From: an uncultured Veillonellaceae bacterium
GTDB taxonomy: Bacteria > Bacillota > Negativicutes > JARBTT01
Reading direction: 5' to 3'
Assembly: GCA_963805085.1 (NCBI GenBank)
Contig: CAWDTA010000002.1
Coordinates: 1,952,001 to 2,016,000, forward strand
DNA: 64,000 nt
The notes beneath the pieces are model-generated. The model made no database searches, had not been told where the DNA came from, and was given only the letters and a program-made list of their open reading frames with translations. A program made the translations under genes and the position numbers. Positions 48,734-60,226 of the stretch are shown here, piece by piece. How positions within the stretch are numbered: the stretch's first letter is position 1; every line of letters starts with the position of its first letter.

Positions 48734-49633
48734 GTGGTAAATATGGAAGACTTTCGCTTAGTTATAATTACAGGACTATCTGGAGCAGGTAAAACACAGG
48801 TAAGCCGCCATATGGAAGATTTAGGCTATTTTTGTGTAGATAATTTGCCGCCAATGTTTATTCCGAAATTTGCTGAGCTCTGTACGCATTCTACGGGGAG
48901 AGTCAATAAAGTTGCGCTGGTAGTCGATACGAGAAGTCGTGAGTTTTTTGATACGCTGCTACACGTCTTAGACGATATGGATGAACAGGGACTGACCTAT
49001 GAAATGGTCTTTATGGAAGCAACCGATTCGACGATTATCCGTCGTTATAAAGAAAGTCGTCGCCGTCATCCGATGGCACCAAATGCTAGGATTAGTGATG
49101 GAATTGCCAGAGAACGCGAACGTTTAAAATTGGTGCGCGGCCGGGCGACGCATATCATTGATACTTCTGATTTAAAGAAAACTGTCTTAAAAGAGAAAAT
49201 AATTAATTGGTTTGGCTGCCGGGCTGATGGCGATTCCATGAATATCACGGTACTTTCCTTCGGCTTCAAATTTGGTATGCCGCTTGATGCCGATATGGTA
49301 CTTGATGTTCGTTTTTTACCAAATCCATTTTATATAGAATCGCTTCGTCATAAAAGTGGCGCAGTACCAGAAGTTGCTGACTATATAGCAAAATGGCCAG
49401 TAACGAAACAGTTTATTGAAAAACTGGATGATATGATTGAGTTTTTGGTGCCTAACTACGTTAAAGAGGGCAAGAGTCAATTGGTCATTGCAATTGGTTG
49501 CACTGGTGGAATGCATCGTTCGGTATTTATTGCAAAAAGAATTTTTGAGATTCTGAAAAGACAAGGGTATGCAGTAAATTTAGAACATCGCGATTTAATG
49601 AAAAATGAAGTTTTAGAACATCCCCAAAATTAG
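48734..49633 (+). CDS. rapZ: RNase adapter RapZ/YvcJ
   Basis: TGLSGAGKT, VDNLP, SFGFK.G, DVRFLPNP, GCTGG.HRSV. Confidence 0.95.
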   Translation: MVNMEDFRLVIITGLSGAGKTQVSRHMEDLGYFCVDNLPPMFIPKFAELCTHSTGRVNKVALVVDTRSREFFDTLLHVLDDMDEQGLTYEMVFMEATDSTIIRRYKESRRRHPMAPNARISDGIARERERLKLVRGRATHIIDTSDLKKTVLKEKIINWFGCRADGDSMNITVLSFGFKFGMPLDADMVLDVRFLPNPFYIESLRHKSGAVPEVADYIAKWPVTKQFIEKLDDMIEFLVPNYVKEGKSQLVIAIGCTGGMHRSVFIAKRIFEILKRQGYAVNLEHRDLMKNEVLEHPQN

Positions 49634-49658
49634 TTATGGTAAATATAGGAGTGTTTGT

Positions 49659-50990
49659 ATGCACTTATTAAAGTGGTTGTACCCAGGGTTAAAATTTAAA
49701 CGTTGGCTTGTTTTATTTGCAATTGGCGTTATGTTGGCTAGCATGGGCCTCGCGTTTGTTCTTAATTATAAATATATGGGCAATATGGAGGAAGCCATTT
49801 TTAAGGCTGTTTATGTATCAACGGGAACTTATAATTATACGGCAACGTCGATTATTGGGTTGTTGGTTGTTATGTTTGGTTTTGCGGTGATGCTGTTTGC
49901 GACTAGGATGATTATTCGTTCTGTTATTACGGTGTTGATTCCGGATAGTTCAGAGAAGCTCGTAGATTTGATTTATGAAAAACGTAAATTGAATCGCGGT
50001 CCGGCAATCACCGTAATCGGTGGTGGGACAGGCTTATCGGTACTGCTGCGTGGAATTAAAAATGCAACGAGTAATGTGACAGCGGTTGTGACTGTGGCTG
50101 ATGATGGTGGTTCCTCAGGTAGACTGCGCGAAGATCTAGGAATGATCCCACCGGGCGATCTACGGAATTGTTTGGTGGCACTTGCAGACACGGAACCGTT
50201 AATGGAGAAGTTGTTTCAACATCGTTTTGGTGGCTGTGGCGACTTGGCAGGGCATAGCTTTGGTAATTTATTTATTGCTGCGATGACCGAAGTTCTTGGT
50301 GATGTGGAAAAAGCATTGAAAGAATCTAGTAAAGTACTCGCGGTCAAAGGGCGGGTACTGCCAGCGAGCACGCAAAGAGTACGTCTAATTGCGACTATGA
50401 CAGATGGAACCATTGTCGAAGGTGAATCCAAAATTCCACTTGTCCATAAGACAATTGATCGCGTACATCTCTATCCGCCAGAGGTAGAGCCAGTAAAAAG
50501 CTCCCTTGAAGCAATTCAAGATGCCGATGCGGTGATCTTGGGGCCTGGTAGCTTATATACAAGTGTATTGCCTAATTTGCTGGTGAATGGTATCGCAGAG
50601 ACGCTTCATAATAGTAGAGCAATTAAAATTTATATCTGTAATGTTATGACGCAGCCGGGAGAAACCGATGGTTATACTGCTTCGATGCATGCAAAAGCAA
50701 TTATTGACCATGTCGGCCCAGGTGTAATCGACTATGTATTGGTTAACTCTACGTTGATTGATCCCGCAGTACAGGAGAAGTATGCAAAAGAAGGTTCTTA
50801 TCCCGTGAAGGTTGATGAAGAAGCCTTGATTGATCTGGGCGTAAGAGTTCTACAAGCGGATATTATCAGTGAAGATAATGCTGGTCATCATGATCCGGCA
50901 AAATTGTCGCGCAATATCATGAATTTGGTAAATCAAGGTACAGATAATTTGCTTGATTACTATTTACGCGGTAATAAATCTAAGCATTAA
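49659..50990 (+). CDS. yvcK: YvcK/GlmR family protein with N-terminal membrane domain
   Basis: GGGTGLS, DDGGSSG.LR, PPGD.RN, GPGSLYTS, TQPGET. Confidence 0.93.
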   Translation: MHLLKWLYPGLKFKRWLVLFAIGVMLASMGLAFVLNYKYMGNMEEAIFKAVYVSTGTYNYTATSIIGLLVVMFGFAVMLFATRMIIRSVITVLIPDSSEKLVDLIYEKRKLNRGPAITVIGGGTGLSVLLRGIKNATSNVTAVVTVADDGGSSGRLREDLGMIPPGDLRNCLVALADTEPLMEKLFQHRFGGCGDLAGHSFGNLFIAAMTEVLGDVEKALKESSKVLAVKGRVLPASTQRVRLIATMTDGTIVEGESKIPLVHKTIDRVHLYPPEVEPVKSSLEAIQDADAVILGPGSLYTSVLPNLLVNGIAETLHNSRAIKIYICNVMTQPGETDGYTASMHAKAIIDHVGPGVIDYVLVNSTLIDPAVQEKYAKEGSYPVKVDEEALIDLGVRVLQADIISEDNAGHHDPAKLSRNIMNLVNQGTDNLLDYYLRGNKSKH

Positions 50991-51004
50991 AGGAATGAAA
51001 GCTA

Positions 51005-51964
51005 GTGTCATCGTTTTCAACTGAAGTGAAAAATGAATTGTCGAGAATCACGGCGGATGATGCTTGTTGTAGAATTGCAGAATTGGCAGCGTTGATGCGG
51101 ATGGGGGCATCGATGTCAATTGGTAATAATATGAATTTGGGCATTAATTTCTCCACGGAAAATCCAGCGATTGCTAGGAAAACGCTTACTTTATTAAAAG
51201 AAAGTTTTAAGCTTAAAACGGAAGTTGTGGTTAGTCGGGCACGCCGCTTGAAAAAGAATAATAGTTATTTAATTCGTGTGGTGCCGGCACCGGCTGTTAG
51301 TGAACTCTTGACTACGCTTGGCATTATGCGAGGCGATAATTTAAATGTTAGTAGCGACGAGGGGCTTCTACGTAAAACTTGCTGTCGGCAAGCTTATTTA
51401 AGAGGTGCTTTTCTCGGTGGTGGGTCTGTAAGTAGACCCGAGGGCGACTATCATTTAGAACTTGTAACAGGCAATGAGGGGTTCGCTGCGACGTTGGTCA
51501 ACTTATTTAAAAAGTTTGAATTGCCGGTAGGAATTACCGACCGTAAAAATGACTACGTAGTTTATTTAAAAGATAGTGAAGCCATCATGGATTTTTTAAG
51601 TATTGTTGGAGCTGAAGAAGCAATTGTTGAATTTGAAGTTGCTCGCAATGTAAAAGATGTTCGTAACCAAGTCAATCGTTTGGTCAATTGTGAAACAGCT
51701 AATTTACAAAAAACGGTCAATGCTGCTGTTCGGCAGGTTGGGCGAATCAAATTGATAGAGGCAAAAATCGGCTTGGGAAAATTACCTGACAATCTAAAGG
51801 AAGTTGCTTTGCTGCGATTAGAACATCCTCAGGCAAATTTACAAGAATTAGTTGCTGCAAATGATAATAAAATTGGTAAATCGGGCATGAACCATCGCTT
51901 GCGTAAATTAGAACAAATTGCAGTAGATTTAATAGAAGGTGAAGGAAATGGGCTTAAAGAGTAA
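51005..51964 (+). CDS. whiA: DNA-binding protein WhiA
   Basis: SF...VKNEL, YLRGAFL.GGS, NRLVNCETANL, KSG.NHRLRK. Confidence 0.95.
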   Translation: MSSFSTEVKNELSRITADDACCRIAELAALMRMGASMSIGNNMNLGINFSTENPAIARKTLTLLKESFKLKTEVVVSRARRLKKNNSYLIRVVPAPAVSELLTTLGIMRGDNLNVSSDEGLLRKTCCRQAYLRGAFLGGGSVSRPEGDYHLELVTGNEGFAATLVNLFKKFELPVGITDRKNDYVVYLKDSEAIMDFLSIVGAEEAIVEFEVARNVKDVRNQVNRLVNCETANLQKTVNAAVRQVGRIKLIEAKIGLGKLPDNLKEVALLRLEHPQANLQELVAANDNKIGKSGMNHRLRKLEQIAVDLIEGEGNGLKE

Positions 51965-52718
51965 AATTATGGCGCTAGGCGCCTTTTTTGTTGTAGCGAT
52001 TGCTGCTGTAGGGATTAGTTGTGTGGTAGCACCAGAAAAAGGTGTACCAGTATTGGCTTACCATATGATCGCCGGCGATGACGATACCTATAGTGTTTCA
52101 GAGGTAAACTTTGAACAACAAATGCAATATTTAAAAGAAAATGGCTATACTGCTATTTCATTATTAGAGTTTGCTAAAGCGAAAAAAGGCAAATTTACGT
52201 TGCCGGAAAAACCAATTATTATAACGTTTGATGACGGTTATGATAATAATTACACGAAAGCTATGCCGATTATGGAAAAGTACGGTATGAAAGGTACTGT
52301 GTTTATGATTGCCAATAATATTGGTAAAGAAGATTATTTAACCTTAGAACAATTGAAAGATTGGCAAGCACACAATATGGAAATAGGCTCGCATACGGCA
52401 AATCATGTACCACTCGCGACGTTAACTAGTGACCAGAAAAAAGAAGAAATTGTTGCATCGAAGCTGCTACTAGAATGGAAGGGCCTCAAGACGATTTTTT
52501 TCATGGCGTATCCGTTCGGGAGCTTTGATGCCGAATCAGAACAATTACTGAAAGAAAATGACTACCTAGGTGGGCTTACAGGAAAAAGTGGACTTAATAC
52601 ATTTGATACAAATCCTTATTTACTACATCGGTTAAATATGCCAAATCCAAGATTTGGTTTAACTGAATTTAAATTGCGTTTGTTAAAAGCCAATGTTTAT
52701 ACGCGGTTAGGATTATAG
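51939..52718 (+). CDS. Polysaccharide deacetylase
   Basis: VLAYH, ITFDDGY, GSHT..H, AYPFG. Confidence 0.9.
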   Translation: MKEMGLKSKIMALGAFFVVAIAAVGISCVVAPEKGVPVLAYHMIAGDDDTYSVSEVNFEQQMQYLKENGYTAISLLEFAKAKKGKFTLPEKPIIITFDDGYDNNYTKAMPIMEKYGMKGTVFMIANNIGKEDYLTLEQLKDWQAHNMEIGSHTANHVPLATLTSDQKKEEIVASKLLLEWKGLKTIFFMAYPFGSFDAESEQLLKENDYLGGLTGKSGLNTFDTNPYLLHRLNMPNPRFGLTEFKLRLLKANVYTRLGL

Positions 52719-52795
52719 TGTTTGGTAATTTTAACTGATTTACACTGGAAAATGTAATTGCTATAATAAATCATTGTAATACTAGGGGGAAGAGA

Positions 52796-53890
52796 ATGAG
52801 AAATTTAAGTAAATTAGTGGCTGCTTTTATCTTTGTTACATTTTTGAGTCTGACATTGACCAGTGAAGCTGCGAGTAAATCTGTCAGTAAATCTGTCAGT
52901 AAATCACAAATAAATCTTATGGATATACCAGAATGGAAGGTCATGACGGCGGATGTTGGTGGAACTTTATTATTCTCCGATAGTCCAGAAATCGTCGAAG
53001 AAGATGGAATTTTGTATTCCGATACGGTACAAGGGAAGACAAGGCTATTATATTATCATTTAAATGGAACGAAATTACCAAAAAAAATTGTGGCAGTTTT
53101 AGAAAATACATCAGATCAAGATGTTGATATTACGATTAGTAACTATGCATTTGGTGAGCCTAGCAAAGATTATCTTTATGTAGGTAAAAGTACACAAGAA
53201 CAATATTTTAAAAATACGAACATTGGATTTGCTCATGTGCCAGCCCATGGTAAAAGACTACTTAGCACAAAGCTTGATAAAATTGTTGTTGACCCGGAGA
53301 AATTAGTATATGGTGTTTTTGATTTTAATGCGACAGTGCCGTTAAAAGTGACAATGCTTATGTTACCAGTAAATGAAAATCCACTACTTTTCGTTGATCG
53401 GGCCAAAATATTACCAGCAGATAAGTCTAGACTTCGTGGTACCTTTACTGGTATGGATCGCATTATGAAAAGTGAAAAACCATATGATGGTAAAAAAGAT
53501 GGTACCGTTGCTATTACCCTCGCCGATGGGAAATTTGACCGCTATCGTACCGGCATTGATGCAACCGATGGTAGTATTGTTGAAAACTACGGTAATTATG
53601 GTATATTATACAAAATAAATATTCCTACTAAGGGGCTAGGTAAGACTAATTATTATTTAAATCCACGTGGAGGCGTTTATGCGGGGGCGCTTAATATAAA
53701 GAAAGACCAGTATGTGCAAGGTGAAATGATAGAAACACCATTAAATAAAGCTTTTTTTGGTCAAGACAATAGCATTACAGATCTTACATATTTAGGTCAA
53801 TATGATAATTTTAATCAATTAGTAATTGAATTTTCACCGCCAGGGGCATCCAACTTACCAGCAAGGTTAATTTTACAGCCCCAAAATTGA
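52796..53890 (+). CDS. Exported conserved hypothetical protein
   Basis: Signal peptide; LLFSDSPE..GILY.D, GNYG..Y, NPRGG, PPGASNLP. Confidence 0.75.
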   Translation: MRNLSKLVAAFIFVTFLSLTLTSEAASKSVSKSVSKSQINLMDIPEWKVMTADVGGTLLFSDSPEIVEEDGILYSDTVQGKTRLLYYHLNGTKLPKKIVAVLENTSDQDVDITISNYAFGEPSKDYLYVGKSTQEQYFKNTNIGFAHVPAHGKRLLSTKLDKIVVDPEKLVYGVFDFNATVPLKVTMLMLPVNENPLLFVDRAKILPADKSRLRGTFTGMDRIMKSEKPYDGKKDGTVAITLADGKFDRYRTGIDATDGSIVENYGNYGILYKINIPTKGLGKTNYYLNPRGGVYAGALNIKKDQYVQGEMIETPLNKAFFGQDNSITDLTYLGQYDNFNQLVIEFSPPGASNLPARLILQPQN

Positions 53891-54000
53891 TTAAACTTGC
53901 TTAGTTAATAAAAAAACGATAAAATATAAATAGTCATATGGATAAGATGAAGTTCTTATTTTTTTAATATGAATCATTTTGCAAAAGGAGGGCTATATCA

Positions 54001-54141
54001 ATGGCTAAACGTATTACAACTGTAAACAAAGCTTCTCTTCAAGCTACAGTACATACTGGTGGTTGTGGAGAATGTCAAGCATCCTGCCAATCAGCTTGCA
54101 AAACATCCTGCACTGTAGGTAATCAAGTTTGCGCAAAATAG
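54001..54141 (+). CDS. scfA: SCIFF ranthipeptide precursor (absent from the ORF track)
   Basis: MAKRITTV..GGCGECQASCQSACKTSCTVGNQVCAK; AAGGAGG RBS. Confidence 0.95.
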   Translation: MAKRITTVNKASLQATVHTGGCGECQASCQSACKTSCTVGNQVCAK

Positions 54142-54255
54142 GCTGCAAAAATAGCCTCTTGCCCTAGTGGCGAGAGGCTTGTTTGTTGTTTGCGAGTAAA
54201 TAGATAGATACACTGGAAAGTTGTTTAGTTTATATGATAGGAGAATTATAAATTT

Positions 54256-55620
54256 ATGCAAAAAATACATAAGTTTTATTTAAATGGCATGTACATTATG
54301 TTAGATATTAATAGCGGCGCAGTACATGTTATCGATAAAATGATTTACGATATGATGGATCTATATGATGGTACGAATGGTGAGGCTGTTTTAGAAACCT
54401 ATGGCATTATGTATGATCGCGCAGATGTTGCGGAAGCGTTAGAGGAATTGGAACAATTAATTGCAACTCAAGAACTTTTTGCGCCTAATATTGACGTGCC
54501 ACCAACTTTTAGTCAAAAACCATTGGTAAAGTCGCTTTGCTTGCACGTAGCCCATGATTGTAATCTACGTTGTAAATATTGTTTCGCTGGCACTGGTGAC
54601 TTCGGCCATGATAGAAGTTTGATGAGTAAAGAAGTCGGCGAAAAAGCGGTTGATTTTATTATCGCCAATAGTGGTCAGCGTAAACATTGCGAATTGGATT
54701 TCTTCGGTGGCGAACCATTAATGAATATGCCAGTCGTAAAGCATGTAGTAGAATATGTTCATAAACGTGAGCAGGAAACTGGCAAAGAATTTAAATTAAC
54801 GCTTACAACGAATGGTGTACTATTAAACGATGCCAATATAGAGTATCTAAATGATAATAACATCAGCTTAGTCCTCAGTCTCGATGGTCGCAAAGAAGTG
54901 CATGATAATATGCGTCCTAACGTTGCTGGTAAAGGAAGCTATGATGGCATTTTAGCGAATTTTAAAAAGTTAGTCGATGCGCGTGGTGGTAAAAACTACT
55001 TCTTGCGTGGCACCTTTACTGCGTATAACCTTGATTTTACGGCAGATGTCCTTGATATGGCCGATAAAGGATTCGATCTTTTATCTGTAGAACCAGTCGT
55101 AGCGAAAGAAGCTGACTATGAAATTACAGAAGAACATTTACCAAAGCTGTTTGAAGAATATGATAAGCTAACTGAGGCTTATATTGATCGCAAATTATCA
55201 GGTAATGGCTTTGAGTTCTTCCATTTCAATATGGATATTAACAACGGCCCATGTGTAGCAAAACGCTTGAGTGGTTGTGGCGCTGGGCATGAATATTTTG
55301 CGGTAGCACCAAATGGTGATTTATACCCTTGTCACCAATTCGTTGGTCGTGATAAATATTTACTCGGTACTATTTTTGCTGGTGTGATTAGCAAAGAAAT
55401 GCCTAAGTACTTTCGTCAGGCACACGTGCTAAACAAGCCAGAATGCAGCAAATGCTGGGCGCGTTTCTATTGCAGTGGTGGCTGTCATGCGAATGCGGAT
55501 TTATTTAATGACGATATCAAGGTACCTTATGAAATCGGTTGTAAACTTCAACAAAAACGCATGGAATGTGCGATTATGATTCAAGCGAAATTGGCAATGC
55601 TAGAAAATCAGCCGAAGTAG
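54256..55620 (+). CDS. scfB: SCIFF radical SAM/SPASM maturase
   Basis: CLHVAHDCNLRCKYCFA, GCGAG.EY..GDLYPCHQF, CSKCWARFYCSGGC. Directly follows scfA. Confidence 0.95.
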   Translation: MQKIHKFYLNGMYIMLDINSGAVHVIDKMIYDMMDLYDGTNGEAVLETYGIMYDRADVAEALEELEQLIATQELFAPNIDVPPTFSQKPLVKSLCLHVAHDCNLRCKYCFAGTGDFGHDRSLMSKEVGEKAVDFIIANSGQRKHCELDFFGGEPLMNMPVVKHVVEYVHKREQETGKEFKLTLTTNGVLLNDANIEYLNDNNISLVLSLDGRKEVHDNMRPNVAGKGSYDGILANFKKLVDARGGKNYFLRGTFTAYNLDFTADVLDMADKGFDLLSVEPVVAKEADYEITEEHLPKLFEEYDKLTEAYIDRKLSGNGFEFFHFNMDINNGPCVAKRLSGCGAGHEYFAVAPNGDLYPCHQFVGRDKYLLGTIFAGVISKEMPKYFRQAHVLNKPECSKCWARFYCSGGCHANADLFNDDIKVPYEIGCKLQQKRMECAIMIQAKLAMLENQPK

Positions 55621-55824
55621 ATAAAAACATAATCAAAATTGCTATAACGATAATTGTGTTATATATCATTGAATATTTATGGTAAGTCTGTGCAAAATGA
55701 TCAAATAATCAAAAAAAATCCTGTTTTGTTAATTATAAAGCAGGATTTTTTAAAATTAGCCAGAAAATAACAAATAGTATAATGATTATGTATTATAAAA
55801 TTAAAGAAGATTATAGAAAAAATA

Positions 55825-55898
55825 TTGACAATCTATATTGAATGGGGTAATATATCTCTGGGATGCAAAATAAACCAGTGGGGTAGAAAATAACCCAG
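55825..55898 (+). promoter_or_regulatory. SigA promoter plus probable CggR operator
   Basis: TTGACA-17-TAATAT, then 20-bp direct repeats tgggatgcaaaataaaccag / tggggtagaaaataacccag. Confidence 0.7.
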
Positions 55899-55910
55899 AG
55901 GGCAATTATT

Positions 55911-56963
55911 GTGAAAGAAATTGAGAAAATTATAAGACTACAAAAAAAAATTGCTCCGGAATTAGTGAATCTCATTGAGGAACGCTACAGCATATTAAAG
56001 CATATTCGTTATAATCAACCAATCGGTAGAAGAGCATTGGCTAGTCAATTAGAATTTAGCGAATGCAGTATCAGAAATGGTGTTAAGGTTTTAAGGGATT
56101 CGGGTTTAATCCATTTATCGGGTCTTGGCATGACAGTAACTGAGGAAGGTCAAGACATGGTGAGTGATTTAACTGCTTATGTAGATGCTTTAAGTGGGCT
56201 AGCGAAGCTTGAAGTTTATTTAGCTGATGAACTAGGGGTTAATGAAGTAAAAATTGTGCCTGGCGACAGCCAAGCGGATCGATGTGTATTTTTAGAACTA
56301 GGACGAGTTGCCGCACGCATATTAGTTGATATTTTATCAAATAATATGGTGGTTGCTGTGAGTGGTGGATCCACGATGGCGATAGTGGCAGATTCAGTTG
56401 ATTTATGCATGCCGAGTATTTTGGTAGTCCCGACACGCGGCGGGCTTGGCGAGCAAGTGGAACGCCAGGCAAATAGCGTTGCAGCAGTTATGGCGGGAAA
56501 ATTGGGCGGTCAATATAGGCTTTTACATATTCCTGAAATTCTAAACGATGACGCTTTTGAAGCGATCAAAGCAACGGACAGTACGGTAAATGAAATAGAG
56601 CAGTTAATTAAAAATGCTGATGTTTTAGTGCATGGTATTGGTCGAGCTGATATAATGGTAAGCAGACGTAATCATATGCCAAAGGTTGCAGAGAATATTT
56701 GTAAACTTGGTGTTGGTGAAACGCTTGGACATTACTTTGATTTAGATGGCAACTGTATTTATACTTATTGTAATACTGGGTTTCGTCTGAATGATCTGGT
56801 GGGAGTGGGCAGAAAAATCGCGGTAGCCGGTGGAGCAGATAAAGCTGAGGCTATCATATCAGTAACTAGGGCAGGCAGTAAAGATGTCTTAGTTATCGAT
56901 GAAGCTGCTGCTAGTTCTATTCAGTCAATAATAAAATCTGAGAAATCTCAGAAAACTTTTTAA
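55911..56963 (+). CDS. cggR: Central glycolytic genes regulator
   Basis: [20 protein letters not shown], sugar-binding domain, first gene of the gap operon. Confidence 0.9.
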   Translation: MKEIEKIIRLQKKIAPELVNLIEERYSILKHIRYNQPIGRRALASQLEFSECSIRNGVKVLRDSGLIHLSGLGMTVTEEGQDMVSDLTAYVDALSGLAKLEVYLADELGVNEVKIVPGDSQADRCVFLELGRVAARILVDILSNNMVVAVSGGSTMAIVADSVDLCMPSILVVPTRGGLGEQVERQANSVAAVMAGKLGGQYRLLHIPEILNDDAFEAIKATDSTVNEIEQLIKNADVLVHGIGRADIMVSRRNHMPKVAENICKLGVGETLGHYFDLDGNCIYTYCNTGFRLNDLVGVGRKIAVAGGADKAEAIISVTRAGSKDVLVIDEAAASSIQSIIKSEKSQKTF

Positions 56964-56988
56964 AAAATATTTAGGGGGTATTTTCACA

Positions 56989-58002
56989 ATGGCAGTTAAA
57001 GTAGCGATCAATGGTTTTGGACGTATTGGACGTCTTGCGTTTAGACAAATGTTTGGCGCAGAAGGATATGAAGTTGTTGCAATCAACGACTTAACTAGTC
57101 CTAAAATGCTTGCACACTTATTGAAATACGATTCTTCACAAGGCAGATATGCTTTGGGAGATAAAGTGACGGCTGGTGAAGATTCTATTACCGTTGACGG
57201 TAAAAAAATCACTATCTATGCAAAAGCTAACGCAGCTGAATTACCTTGGGGCGAACTTAATGTAGATGTAGTTCTTGAATGTACTGGTTTCTACACTTCC
57301 AAAGAAAAAGCTTCTGCACATATCAAAGCAGGCGCTAAAAAAGTTGTTATCTCTGCTCCAGCAGGCAACGACCTTCCTACAGTTGTATATAATGTTAACC
57401 ATAATATATTAAAAGCTAGCGATACAGTTATTTCCGCAGCTTCTTGTACTACAAACTGCTTAGCTCCTATGGCGCAAGCACTTCATAAATTGGCTGCTAT
57501 TAAAAGTGGTATCATGAGCACAATTCATGCTTACACTGGTGACCAGATGACTTTGGATGGCCCTCAAAGAAATGGTGATTTAAGAAGATCCCGTGCTGCA
57601 GCAGTTAATATCGTTCCTAACTCCACTGGTGCTGCAAAAGCAATCGGCTTAGTTATTCCTGAATTATTAGGTAAATTAATCGGTTCCGCACAACGTGTTC
57701 CAGTTCCAACTGGTTCTACTACAATCTTGATTGCAGTTGTTGACGGTAAAGTTACAGTAGATCAAGTAAATGCAGCAATGAAAGCAGCAGCTACGGAATC
57801 TTTCGGTTATACTGAAGAACAATTAGTATCTAGCGATATCGTTGGTATCAGATACGGTTCTTTATTCGATGCTACACAAACAATGGTTTCACCACTAGAA
57901 AATGGTACTACTCAAGTTCAAGTTGTTTCTTGGTACGATAACGAAAACAGCTATACTAGCCAAATGGTTCGTACGATTAAATACTTTGCAGAACTTGCAT
58001 AG
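56989..58002 (+). CDS. gap: Glyceraldehyde-3-phosphate dehydrogenase
   Basis: [25 protein letters not shown]. Confidence 0.98.
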   Translation: MAVKVAINGFGRIGRLAFRQMFGAEGYEVVAINDLTSPKMLAHLLKYDSSQGRYALGDKVTAGEDSITVDGKKITIYAKANAAELPWGELNVDVVLECTGFYTSKEKASAHIKAGAKKVVISAPAGNDLPTVVYNVNHNILKASDTVISAASCTTNCLAPMAQALHKLAAIKSGIMSTIHAYTGDQMTLDGPQRNGDLRRSRAAAVNIVPNSTGAAKAIGLVIPELLGKLIGSAQRVPVPTGSTTILIAVVDGKVTVDQVNAAMKAAATESFGYTEEQLVSSDIVGIRYGSLFDATQTMVSPLENGTTQVQVVSWYDNENSYTSQMVRTIKYFAELA

Positions 58003-58070
58003 TTTATACTGATCTTTAAGGTCCGGCCTTGTTGGGCCGGACCTTTCTTAAATTTAAGGGAGGCATTCGC

Positions 58071-59255
58071 ATGAATAAAAAGAGCATTAAAGATATTAAC
58101 GTAAAAGGTAAAAAAGTTTTTGTCCGTGTAGATTATAATGTACCAATGGATGAACATTTAAACATTACAAATGATACTAGAATCAGAGCTACCTTACCTA
58201 CTTTAAATTATTTGCTAGAACAAAATGCAGCACTTGTAATTGCTTGTCATCTTGGTCGTCCAAAAGGTGAAAGAGTTGCAAAATTCTCTGTGAAGCCAGT
58301 TGCAAAACGCTTAGCTGAATTAATCGGCAAAGAAGTGAAATTTGCTTCTGACTGTGTTGGTCCAGAAGCTGAAAAAGCAGCAGCTGCTTTAAAACCAGGC
58401 GAAATTCTTTTGTTAGAAAACCTTCGTTATCATAAAGAAGAAGAAAAAAATGATCCTGCATTTTCAAAACAACTAGCAGCACTTGCTGATGTTGCTGTAA
58501 ATGATGCCTTTGGTGTATCTCACCGTGCGCATGCTTCAGTTGAAGGGATCACAAAATATATTGAAACTGTTGCTGGTTTCTTAATGGAAAAAGAAATTAG
58601 ATTCGTTGGTCAAACAGTAGCAAATCCAGAACGTCCTTTCGTTGCAATCATTGGTGGTGCGAAAGTTTCTGATAAAATTGGTGTTATTTCCAATTTACTT
58701 AAAAAAGTAGATACTTTAATCATTGGTGGCGGTATGGCGCATACTTTTGATGCTGCTAAAGGCTATGAAATTGGTAAATCCATCTGTGAACCAGATAAAT
58801 ACGCATTAGCTTTAGATTTATTAAAACAAGCTGAAGCTAAAGGTGTAAAAGTTGTATTGCCAGTTGACCTTGTAATTGCTGATAAATTTGCTCCAGATGC
58901 AAATACAAGAATCGTTGATGTTGATAAAGTTGATCCAGAGTGGGAAGCATTAGATAGTGGTCCTAAAACTTCTGAACTTTATGCAGCAGCATTAAAAGAT
59001 GCAAAAACTGTTATCTGGAATGGACCTATGGGTGTATTCGAAATGGATGCATTCGCAAAAGGTACAGAAGCAGTGGCACAAGCAGTGGCTGATTCTTCCG
59101 CGGTTAGCATTGTTGGGGGTGGCGATTCCATTGCTGCTCTTAAAAAGACTGGTCTTTCCGATAAAATTACGCACATTTCCACTGGTGGGGGAGCTACATT
59201 AGAATTCTTAGAAGGCAAGATACTACCTGGAATTGCAGCACTTGCTGATAAGTAA
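58071..59255 (+). CDS. pgk: Phosphoglycerate kinase
   Basis: [44 protein letters not shown] before 58071. Confidence 0.98.
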   Translation: MNKKSIKDINVKGKKVFVRVDYNVPMDEHLNITNDTRIRATLPTLNYLLEQNAALVIACHLGRPKGERVAKFSVKPVAKRLAELIGKEVKFASDCVGPEAEKAAAALKPGEILLLENLRYHKEEEKNDPAFSKQLAALADVAVNDAFGVSHRAHASVEGITKYIETVAGFLMEKEIRFVGQTVANPERPFVAIIGGAKVSDKIGVISNLLKKVDTLIIGGGMAHTFDAAKGYEIGKSICEPDKYALALDLLKQAEAKGVKVVLPVDLVIADKFAPDANTRIVDVDKVDPEWEALDSGPKTSELYAAALKDAKTVIWNGPMGVFEMDAFAKGTEAVAQAVADSSAVSIVGGGDSIAALKKTGLSDKITHISTGGGATLEFLEGKILPGIAALADK

Positions 59256-59259
59256 AGCC

Positions 59260-59400
59260 TGATTCACAGCGGCAACGCAATAAGCACGCATCTGCGTCGT
59301 TGGTTCTCACGAGTGCGGTCGACGTACAACTTGTACGACTCCCTTACTCGTTCCGAGCCGCCTAGCAGCTACGCACTTCTTGCGCGGCGGCAGCGAATCA
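59260..59400. repeat. GC-rich palindromic element inside the glycolytic operon
   Basis: tgattc / gaatca ends; core taagcacgcatctgcgtcgttg..gcctagcagctacgcacttcttgc. Confidence 0.7.
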
Positions 59401-59457
59401 TAGGGATATATAGTTTTAGTGATTTAAAAATAAAAATATTTAGGGGGATTTCATATT

Positions 59458-60207
59458 ATGCGTACACCTATTATTGCTGGTAACTGGAAAATGAATAACA
59501 CGATGGCTGCTGGTACTGCTTTGGTAAAAGAATTGGCTGCTTTAGTCAAAGATGCGAAAAACGTTGACATTGTTGTTTGCCCTACATTTACTGCACTTTC
59601 AGCTGTTAAAGAAGCGACAAAAGGTACAAACATTCATGTTGGTGCTCAAAATATTCATTGGGAAGCAAATGGTGCGTTCACTGGTGAAGTTTCAGCAGAA
59701 ATGCTACAAGAAATCGGCGTAGAATATGTTGTAATTGGTCATTCCGAACGTCGTGAATATTTCGGTGAAACTGATGAAACTGTAAACAAAAGAACAAAAG
59801 CAGCGATTGCAGCTGGTATCGTTCCTATCGTTTGCTGTGGCGAATCTTTGGAAGTTCGTGAAGCTGGTACAACAAATAAATTGGTTGGTGGTCAAATTAA
59901 AGCTGACTTAGCTGGTTTAACTGCTGAGCAAGTGGCTGGTATCGTTATCGCTTATGAACCAATTTGGGCAATTGGTACTGGTAAAACAGCTACTTCAGAT
60001 CAAGCAAATGAAGTATGCAAATTTATCCGTGAAACTGTTGCTGGACAATTTGGTAAAGAAGCTGCTGAAAAAGTTCGCATTCAATACGGTGGTAGCGTAA
60101 AACCTAGTACGATTGCTGAATTAATGGGTAAAAGCGACGTTGATGGAGCCTTGGTTGGTGGCGCTTCTCTTAAAGCCGGCGATTTCAGCAACATTGTAAA
60201 ATTTTAA
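59458..60207 (+). CDS. tpiA: Triosephosphate isomerase
   Basis: [28 protein letters not shown]. Confidence 0.98.
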   Translation: MRTPIIAGNWKMNNTMAAGTALVKELAALVKDAKNVDIVVCPTFTALSAVKEATKGTNIHVGAQNIHWEANGAFTGEVSAEMLQEIGVEYVVIGHSERREYFGETDETVNKRTKAAIAAGIVPIVCCGESLEVREAGTTNKLVGGQIKADLAGLTAEQVAGIVIAYEPIWAIGTGKTATSDQANEVCKFIRETVAGQFGKEAAEKVRIQYGGSVKPSTIAELMGKSDVDGALVGGASLKAGDFSNIVKF

Positions 60208-60226
60208 TTTAGGTGGATGAAATATA

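Noticed and set aside
52873-52905. 12-bp tandem repeat (SKSV) as a phase-variation tract
   Set aside because: In-frame, under three copies, in a linker after the signal peptide.
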